DNA of 60,690 bases from positions 1-60,690 of the forward strand of contig CAYRLE010000001.1 of assembly GCA_964425105.1 (NCBI GenBank), in the 5' to 3' direction. This document shows positions 54,532-60,690 of the stretch, one piece after another. Under the pieces are notes generated by a model, which made no database searches, was not told the origin of the DNA, and saw only the letters and a program-made list of their open reading frames with translations. The position numbers and the translations under genes were made by a program. The stretch's first letter is position 1. Each line of letters begins with the position of its first letter. The DNA comes from an uncultured Gammaproteobacteria bacterium (GTDB lineage Bacteria; Pseudomonadota; Gammaproteobacteria; SZUA-140).

Positions 54532-57120
54532 ATGACGAAGAAATCCGACAGGATACCTGCGGCAATGGCCGTGATTTTGTCGTTTACTGTTTTACTGCTG
54601 GCTGCCTGTGGCGGGGGCGAGGGTGTGGACCCGGTGGTGGAGAATTTCGGCATCGCCTACGTGGTGCGCCCCTTGCCCGAGGATGGCAACAGCGACAGCC
54701 GCGAGTTGTTGGACTTCAAGGCCGGTGGCGATCTCTATTACCGCGACCTGGCCTCGCCGGGAGCCCGTGCGCGCAATATCACCGCAGACGTGACCGGCGG
54801 CCAGGGCGACGTGCGCGACGTGAGCGTCTCCTATGACGGCAGCAGGCTGTTGTTCGCCCTGCGTCTGCCTTCGATCGAGGGCGCCGATCCTGAGGACCAG
54901 CCCACGTGGAACATCTGGGAATACGATATCAGCGAAGACCGCCTGCGGCGCATCATCGCCTCCGATATCACCGCCGAGGCGGGCCAGGACCGCTCCCCCC
55001 AATACCTGCCCGACGGGCGCATCGTCTTCAGTTCCACGCGCCAGCGCCAGGCCAAGGCCACCCTGCTGGACGAAGGCAAGCCCCAGTTCGCGGCCCTGGA
55101 CGAGCGGCGCCGGGAGCCGGCCTTCGTGCTCCATGTGATGGAGGCCGATGGCAGCGATATCCGCCAATTGTCCTTCAATCAGAGCCATGACCTGGACCCG
55201 GTGGTGCTGGCCAGTGGTGAGATTCTCTTCAGCCGTTGGGACAACATGGGAGGGCGCAACCAAGCGAGCCTCTACAAGATCCGGCCCGACGGCACCGGCC
55301 TGGAAGTGGTCTACGGCGCCCACAGCCATGCCGGCGACAGCGGACAGTTGCAGTTCCTGCGTCCCCGGGAAATGCCCGATGGCCGCCTGCTGGCCCTGCT
55401 CAAACCTTTTCGCAGCCCCTATGGCGGCGCCGACCTGATCACCATCGATATTGCCAATTTTGTCGATAATGACCAGCCTGCCGCCGACGGGTCAGCGGGC
55501 GACAGCGCCCAACAGCCGGCCACTATCCTGAAGGTAAGCACCGGCAGCGGCCCATCGGCCGGCGGCCGCTTCAGTGCCGCCTTTCCCCTCTGGGACGGTA
55601 CCGTCCGCGCCTTGGTGAGTTGGACGCCCTGCCGCCTGCAGGCGGTGGATGGCCGCATCCTGCCCTGCACACCGGCACGTCTGGCCGAGCCCGATGTCCA
55701 GGAGGCCCCCCCGCTCTATGGCCTCTATCTCTACAATATGGATGACGACACCCAGGTGCCGCTGCTGGTGCCCCGCGAGGGCGTGATTTACACCGATGTG
55801 GTGGCTGCTCAGCAGCGCCGCCTGCCCGCCATCCTGGCCGATCGCAGCCTGGATGCCGATCTGGCGGAGGAGGGTGCGGGGGTGCTCGACATCCGCAGCG
55901 TCTATGATTTCGACGGTGTCTTCAATGGCCTGGGCGCGGCGGCTGCCGATATCGCCGAACTGGCGGACCCGGCGCGCACCCCGGCCGATGGGCGTCCCGC
56001 GCGCTTTCTGCGGGTGGTGAAGGCGGTGGCCATTCCCGACCGCAATCTGGTGCGGCTGCGGGGCACGGCCTTCGGGCGCAGCAGCCGCCAGCTGATGCGG
56101 GAGATCGTCGCCTACGCACCCATCGAGCCCGACGGCTCGGTGAAGATCAAGGTGCCCGCCAACGTGCCGCTGGCCATCAGCGTCCTGGACAAGGATGGCC
56201 GGCGCATCAGCAACCGCCACCAGAACTGGATCCAGCTGCGCCCTGGCGAGACCGTCACCTGCAACGGCTGCCACGACCACAACAGCGGTATTCCCCACGG
56301 CACCCCGCGGGGACCCGCGGCCCTCAACAGCGGCGCCGCCACCACGGGCCTGCCCTTTCCCAACACCGACCCCGCCCTGTTCGCCGACATGGGTGAGACC
56401 ATGGCCGAGACCCGCACCCGGCTGGATGCCGCGGCGCTGACGCCCAGCGTCGACCTGGTCTATGAGGATGTCTGGACGGATGAGACGGCAGCGGGGCGGG
56501 GCAAAGACACGCCTTTCGCCTACCGCTACGGCGACCTGGCCACCCCGGCGCCGGCGCCGTCCGCCTGCCAGACGGCCTGGAGCCCGGCCTGCCGCATCGT
56601 GATCCATTACGAGACCCACATCCACCCACTGTGGGGCCGGGACCGCGGCGCCGATACCTGCACCCTGTGCCATGGCAGCCGCGACGCCATGGACAATCTG
56701 CAGGTGCCGGCAGCGCAACTAGACCTCAGTGACGGCGCCTCCAGCGACCAGCCCGCTCATTTCACCTCTTATCGGGAACTACTGTTCAACGACAATGAGC
56801 AGGAGATCGTCATGGGCGCCCTGCAGGACCGCCTGGTGCAGGCCACCGACGGCAACGGCAATCCCTTGTTCGAGACCGACGAGAACGGCGATCTCATCCT
56901 CGATGCCGCAGACAATCCCATTCCAGTGATGGTGACCGTCACCGTGCGCCCGGTGATGTCCACGGCTGGCGCTTTAGCCAGCAGCCGTTTCTTCGAGCTC
57001 TTCGCTCCCGGCGCCAGCCATGCCGGGCGCCTGGAGCCGGCGGAATTGCGCCTCATCGCCGAGTGGCTGGACATCGGAGCCCAGTACTACAATGACCCCT
57101 TTGCCGTGCCGCCGCCTTGA
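54532..57120 (+). CDS. Lipoprotein: TolB/PD40-like beta-propeller + C-terminal region with two CxxCH motifs (hydrazine-synthase-alpha 'middle domain'-like architecture)
   Basis: Lipobox LLLAACGG. PD40-like repeats (VSYDGSRLLFA; PQYLPDGRIVFSS; ILFSRWDN; YKIRPDGTGLEVV). CNGCH and CTLCH lie in the last ~280 aa. Confidence 0.75.
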   Translation: MTKKSDRIPAAMAVILSFTVLLLAACGGGEGVDPVVENFGIAYVVRPLPEDGNSDSRELLDFKAGGDLYYRDLASPGARARNITADVTGGQGDVRDVSVSYDGSRLLFALRLPSIEGADPEDQPTWNIWEYDISEDRLRRIIASDITAEAGQDRSPQYLPDGRIVFSSTRQRQAKATLLDEGKPQFAALDERRREPAFVLHVMEADGSDIRQLSFNQSHDLDPVVLASGEILFSRWDNMGGRNQASLYKIRPDGTGLEVVYGAHSHAGDSGQLQFLRPREMPDGRLLALLKPFRSPYGGADLITIDIANFVDNDQPAADGSAGDSAQQPATILKVSTGSGPSAGGRFSAAFPLWDGTVRALVSWTPCRLQAVDGRILPCTPARLAEPDVQEAPPLYGLYLYNMDDDTQVPLLVPREGVIYTDVVAAQQRRLPAILADRSLDADLAEEGAGVLDIRSVYDFDGVFNGLGAAAADIAELADPARTPADGRPARFLRVVKAVAIPDRNLVRLRGTAFGRSSRQLMREIVAYAPIEPDGSVKIKVPANVPLAISVLDKDGRRISNRHQNWIQLRPGETVTCNGCHDHNSGIPHGTPRGPAALNSGAATTGLPFPNTDPALFADMGETMAETRTRLDAAALTPSVDLVYEDVWTDETAAGRGKDTPFAYRYGDLATPAPAPSACQTAWSPACRIVIHYETHIHPLWGRDRGADTCTLCHGSRDAMDNLQVPAAQLDLSDGASSDQPAHFTSYRELLFNDNEQEIVMGALQDRLVQATDGNGNPLFETDENGDLILDAADNPIPVMVTVTVRPVMSTAGALASSRFFELFAPGASHAGRLEPAELRLIAEWLDIGAQYYNDPFAVPPP

Positions 57121-57217
57121 GATGGGAAGATCATCAATGCATTGGGATGCCGGAGGTTTCCTTAAAGAAATGGCCCCACCCGCCGTATATGCCTGAAAGC
57201 GGAGTGGCCCCGAGGAC

Positions 57218-57955
57218 ATGCAAATCCCTGCCTTGTTATTGATGATGGCATTGTGCCTGGCGACGAACGCCTTGGCTGCCAAGCCAGCAGTGGAAGCGGA
57301 AGTGGCGGACCCCTATCTGGAACTGCACACCGGGCCGGGCGCGGCCTATCCGGTTTTCTATGTGGTGGAGCGAGGCAGCAAGGTGCGCATCCTCAAGCGC
57401 CGCACTGGCTGGTTCAAGGTGCGCAGCGCCAAGGGCAAGGAGGGCTGGGCCGCGCGCAGCGACATGGAGCAGACACTGCTGGCCGCCGGCGTCCCCTTGC
57501 GCATCGCGGAGCCGGGGCGTGGCGAATTCAGCGCCCGGCGCTGGGAGATGGGAGTCCTGGGCGGCGATTTCGAAGGAGCCGACTCCATCACCCTGTATGG
57601 CGGCTATGCCTTCAATGCCAATTTGTCGGCGGAGTTATCAGTGGCACAGATACTGGGAGATTTTTCGGACAGCATCCTGGCGAATGTCAATGTGCTGGTC
57701 CAGCCCTTCCCCCGCTGGCGGGCCTCGCCCTTTTTCACCCTGGGCACGGGGGTCATCGACACCAATGCCCGCAAGACCGTGGTGGAGGCCCAGGACAGCA
57801 CGGACCAGGTCAGTCACGTGGGGGCAGGCCTGCGGGCCTATCTGGGGCGGCGCTTCATCTTCCGCGCCGAATACAGGAATTACGTGATCTTCACCAGTAG
57901 AGACGACAACAAGGAAATCGACGAATGGCGCGCTGGCTTCGCATTCTTTTTCTGA
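57218..57955 (+). CDS. Outer-membrane protein: N-terminal bacterial SH3 domain + C-terminal beta-barrel
   Basis: Signal peptide; SH3b-like (LELHTGPGAAYPVFYVVERGSKVRILKRRTGWFKVRSAKGKEGWA). Alternating-strand C-terminal half ending ..WRAGFAFFF (aromatic OMP terminus). Confidence 0.7.
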   Translation: MQIPALLLMMALCLATNALAAKPAVEAEVADPYLELHTGPGAAYPVFYVVERGSKVRILKRRTGWFKVRSAKGKEGWAARSDMEQTLLAAGVPLRIAEPGRGEFSARRWEMGVLGGDFEGADSITLYGGYAFNANLSAELSVAQILGDFSDSILANVNVLVQPFPRWRASPFFTLGTGVIDTNARKTVVEAQDSTDQVSHVGAGLRAYLGRRFIFRAEYRNYVIFTSRDDNKEIDEWRAGFAFFF

Positions 57956-58581
57956 AACGCTTTGCCGCTGAATTTGGGGCGGGGCTGGCGTTATTGCTGT
58001 TGGTGGCGCCGGCACTGGCCGGGCAGGAGCAAGTCATCGAACCGCAGTTGGAGCGCCGCGACATCAACGTGCCGAAGATCGACAGCGAGAATTTCGAGAT
58101 CGGCCTCTTCGGCGGCGTCATGAGCGTGGAGGACTTCGGCACCAGCCCGGTCTATGGCGCGCGCGCGGCCTATCACGTCACCACGGGCTTGTTCGTGGAG
58201 GCCGCCTACGGGCGCACCGACACCGATGAGACCAGCTACGAGAAACTCAGCGGGGGCGCCAAACTGCTCACCGACAGCGAGCGCCAGTTGAGTTATTACA
58301 ACTTCTCTTTGGGTTACAATCTGCTGCCGGGAGAGACCTTCCTCACCCGCAGGCTCGCCTTCACTTCCGATTTCTATGTCATCGCAGGTATCGGCAGCAC
58401 CGACTTCGCCGGCGATCAGCGCTTTACCGTCAACTACGGCGCCGGCTACCGGCTGCTGGCCACGGACTGGCTGGCGGTCCATGTGGATGTCCGCGACCAC
58501 TTGTTCGATTCGGACCTGCTGGGTGAGACCAAGACTACGCACAATATTGAGATCAGTGGCGGACTGACGGTCTTTTTTTGA
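57925..58581 (+). CDS. Outer-membrane beta-barrel domain protein
   Basis: Signal peptide (LALLLLVAPALA), beta-strand periodicity and the terminal ..EISGGLTVFF. Overlaps the previous gene by 31 nt. Confidence 0.7.
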   Translation: MARWLRILFLKRFAAEFGAGLALLLLVAPALAGQEQVIEPQLERRDINVPKIDSENFEIGLFGGVMSVEDFGTSPVYGARAAYHVTTGLFVEAAYGRTDTDETSYEKLSGGAKLLTDSERQLSYYNFSLGYNLLPGETFLTRRLAFTSDFYVIAGIGSTDFAGDQRFTVNYGAGYRLLATDWLAVHVDVRDHLFDSDLLGETKTTHNIEISGGLTVFF

Positions 58582-58665
58582 GTGATGAATAATGGGTGAT
58601 GAGTAATGAGTGATGAATGAAGATCTTCCTATTATCCATCACTCATCACCCATTACCCATTACTG
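58581..58665. repeat. Heptamer-built hairpin H3 ([A/G]GT[G/A]ATG x5-6 ... AT[C/T]AC[C/T]C x5)
   Basis: Left arm: agtgatg aataatg ggtgatg agtaatg agtgatg aatgaag. Loop: atcttcct. Right arm: attatcc atcactc atcaccc attaccc attactg. Begins at the stop codon of the OM barrel gene. Confidence 0.85.
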
Positions 58666-58680
58666 CGCGAGTATCAACAG

Positions 58681-59202
58681 ATGAGGTGTCACATGAATTT
58701 ACGAATGAACAAACTGGCAGGCTATATCCTGCTCCTTGTGGCCATGCTGCTGCTGGCAGGCGCTGCCGTAGCCAAGGAGGTCTCGGGCCCGGCCCCTGAC
58801 TTCACCCTCAAGAGCCGCGGCGGCGAGAACCTCAAGCTCAGCGAATTCCGCGGTGAGGTGGTGATGATCAACTTCTGGGCCTCCTGGTGCGGTCCCTGCC
58901 GCAAGGAGATGCCCCTCCTGGATCAGCTCTACCAGCGCTATCATCCCCTGGGCTTCACCATTCTCGGTGTCAACGTGGAAGAGGATTCGGAAGAGGCATT
59001 GCGCCTGTTGAAGGAAATCCCCGTGACCTTCCCCATTCTCTTCGATCGCGACAACAAGGTTTCGGAGACCTATGAACTGGTGGCCATGCCCACCACGGTG
59101 ATGGTGGACCGCGACGGCAACATGCGTTTCGTCCACCTCGGCTATGTCCCCGGCTACGAACGGGAATACGAAGCCCAGATCAAGGCCCTGATCCGGGAGT
59201 GA
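58681..59202 (+). CDS. TlpA/ResA-family periplasmic thiol:disulfide oxidoreductase
   Basis: Signal anchor, thioredoxin fold and the active site WASWCGPCRKEMP. ATG 58693 is an alternative start. Confidence 0.85.
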   Translation: MRCHMNLRMNKLAGYILLLVAMLLLAGAAVAKEVSGPAPDFTLKSRGGENLKLSEFRGEVVMINFWASWCGPCRKEMPLLDQLYQRYHPLGFTILGVNVEEDSEEALRLLKEIPVTFPILFDRDNKVSETYELVAMPTTVMVDRDGNMRFVHLGYVPGYEREYEAQIKALIRE

Positions 59203-59420
59203 GCATGCGCCCCGTATTCCTGCTTGTGATGTTGCTGCTACTGGGAGGCTGCGGAATCAAGCCCTGGGTGAAACCCTACGAGCGTCACCGGCTGGCGGAC
59301 CCCATCATGAGTTTCAGCCGCGATCCGGTGTCCACGGCCTATAGCAACCACGTCTACGAGGCCCGCGAAGGGGCGCGCGGCGCAGAAGGCAGCCAGGGTG
59401 GGGGTTGTGGCTGCAATTAG
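59199..59420 (+). CDS. DUF4266 lipoprotein
   Basis: Lipobox LLLLGGCG and the family-typical C-terminus GGGCGCN. ATGA-type overlap with tlpA. Confidence 0.75.
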   Translation: MSMRPVFLLVMLLLLGGCGIKPWVKPYERHRLADPIMSFSRDPVSTAYSNHVYEAREGARGAEGSQGGGCGCN

Positions 59421-60552
59421 GGGCAGACACCTGCTGGCGGGCCTGCTGGCGGCCCAGGGGTTGCTGGTGCCCCTGCTAGCGGCCGTGCTCCCCGAGGACC
59501 GCGCCGACGCCCTCTATCATTCTTATGATGGCGGCGGGGTGGAGGTCAACGGTCCGTCCATTTTGCTGCGCAAGCAAGTGGGCAAGTACAGTTCCTTTTC
59601 CGCCAACTACTATGTCGATTCCATCACCAGCGCCTCCATCGACGTGGTGACCGCCGCCAGTCCTTACGAGGAGCAGCGGGTGGAGAAGAGCATCGGCGGC
59701 GATTTCCTGTTCGACAAGACCATCATGAGCCTGGGTTTCACCAGCAGCGAGGAAAACGACTTCGATGCCAAGTCCGCCGCCTTCAGCATCAGCCAGGACC
59801 TGTTCGGCGACCTCACCACCGTCACCCTGGGCTATGTGCGCGGCTGGGACAAGATCGGCAAGCGCGGCGACCCGGCCTTCTCGGAAGACGCCGACAGCCA
59901 GCGCTACCGCATCGGCATCAGCCAGATCTTCACCAAGAACCTGATCGTGGCCCTGAACTTCGAGACGGTCACCGACGAGGGCTTCCTCAACAACCCGTAC
60001 CGCTCGGTGCGCTTCCGAGACCCTGGCAGCGCCCTGGGTTACAGCTTCGAGCCCGAGGTCTATCCCCGCACCCGCACCAGCAACGCCATCGCCCTGCGCA
60101 GCCGCTACTATCTGCCCTACCGCGCATCGCTGCTGGGGGAATACCGCTACTACAACGACAGCTGGGGCATCGGCGCCCACAACATCGGCCTGGGTTACAC
60201 CCACGCCTGGCGCGAGCACTGGCTGTTCGACCTCAAGTACCGCTACTACACCCAGGGCCACGCCGACTTCTACAGCGACCTCTTTCCCTACAGCCAAGCC
60301 CAGAACTTCCTGGCCCGCGACAAGGAGTTGAGCCGCTTCAGCAGCCACACGCTGGGCTTCGCCCTGAGCTATGAAGTCAGCCCCAAGGACTGGAGTTTCA
60401 TCGATCGCGGCAGCGTGAATCTTTCGTATGACCGCATCTTTTTCGACTACGACGACTTCCGCGACCTCACCAGTGGCGGCAGCGCCGGGCAGGAGTCACT
60501 CTACAGTTTCAATGCCGACGTGCTGCAGCTGTATATTTCCCTTTGGTATTAG
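59398..60552 (+). CDS. DUF3570 protein (predicted outer-membrane beta-barrel)
   Basis: N-terminal ..DRADALYHSYDGGGVEVNGPS.., Y/F-rich alternating strands and the terminal ..LQLYISLWY. The DUF4266-DUF3570 pairing is typical. Confidence 0.75.
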   Translation: MGVVAAIRGRHLLAGLLAAQGLLVPLLAAVLPEDRADALYHSYDGGGVEVNGPSILLRKQVGKYSSFSANYYVDSITSASIDVVTAASPYEEQRVEKSIGGDFLFDKTIMSLGFTSSEENDFDAKSAAFSISQDLFGDLTTVTLGYVRGWDKIGKRGDPAFSEDADSQRYRIGISQIFTKNLIVALNFETVTDEGFLNNPYRSVRFRDPGSALGYSFEPEVYPRTRTSNAIALRSRYYLPYRASLLGEYRYYNDSWGIGAHNIGLGYTHAWREHWLFDLKYRYYTQGHADFYSDLFPYSQAQNFLARDKELSRFSSHTLGFALSYEVSPKDWSFIDRGSVNLSYDRIFFDYDDFRDLTSGGSAGQESLYSFNADVLQLYISLWY

Positions 60553-60588
60553 GCAGCAAGCATTGTATGACGGGGATCAAATACCTCC

Positions 60589-60613
60589 GTAGAGTGGGCG
60601 CCGCCCACCAAGA
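60589..60613. repeat. REP-like 25-nt element (GTAG + palindrome), copy 2
   Basis: GTAGAGTGGGCGCCGCCCACCAAGA. GTGGGCG/CGCCCAC is a perfect 7-bp inverted repeat. 23 of 25 nt are identical to 29976-30000. Confidence 0.6.
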
Positions 60614-60623
60614 GCTTGTTTAT

Positions 60624-60690
60624 CGTGAGGAGTAAGGTATGAGGGGTGAGGCACGGAATCAGCTCACGATCACCCCTCACCCCTCACCCC
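60624..60690. repeat. Heptamer-built hairpin H4 (NNT[G/A]AGG x4 ... TCACCCC x3, cut by window edge)
   Basis: Left arm: cgtgagg agtaagg tatgagg ggtgagg. Right arm: ctcacga tcacccc tcacccc tcacccc. Same arm order as H1-H3. Confidence 0.8.

Noticed and set aside
54532-57120. Reading the beta-propeller/CxxCH lipoprotein as a hydrazine synthase subunit (anammox metabolism)
   Set aside because: Only the general architecture is reminiscent. No HzsB/HzsC, hydrazine dehydrogenase or other anammox genes are present, and the context is a TonB-like/TPR envelope cluster.

Overview
The window is GC-rich and densely coding, with the look of a gammaproteobacterial chromosome. This is judged by eye from gene content and codon style; no searches were run. 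I saw no rRNA, tRNA, CRISPR array, transposase, integrase or prophage genes.

The first ~39 kb is mostly housekeeping, signalling and transport:
- Housekeeping genes: ligA (5' partial), cysH, rlmD, an ABC-F ATPase, a lytic transglycosylase, a cold-shock protein, an RRM protein and a GIY-YIG protein.
- Signalling genes: a PAS/HisKA_3 kinase, a dCache-HAMP-PAS-GGDEF-EAL protein directly behind an orphan binding protein, a Sel1 protein, a second GGDEF protein, a large hybrid kinase, a Crp/Fnr regulator, and an RsmN/RsmF-type CsrA paralog.
- An eight-gene same-strand run: LPP20/LpoB-like/TPR lipoproteins followed by a TatT-type TRAP transporter.
- A tightly packed four-gene cassette of unknown product: thermostable-hemolysin-family GNAT-like protein, AMP-ligase, heme-oxygenase-like diiron protein, SDR.

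The most interesting part is 39.8-60.7 kb. It holds a translationally coupled ExbB-ExbD-ExbD-TonB-like motor fused into one array with several TPR/coiled-coil periplasmic proteins, an arrangement like the Myxococcus Agl/Glt-Nfs machinery. The same array and its divergent partner encode a Tat-exported DUF1501-like protein and three secreted CxxCH proteins (LamG, DUF1588-like, beta-propeller). Paired outer-membrane barrels and a TlpA-DUF4266-DUF3570 trio follow. No TonB-dependent receptor is present.

This region is also punctuated by four unusual intergenic hairpins whose arms are tandem heptanucleotide repeats.

All family assignments come from motif recognition by eye and need profile searches.
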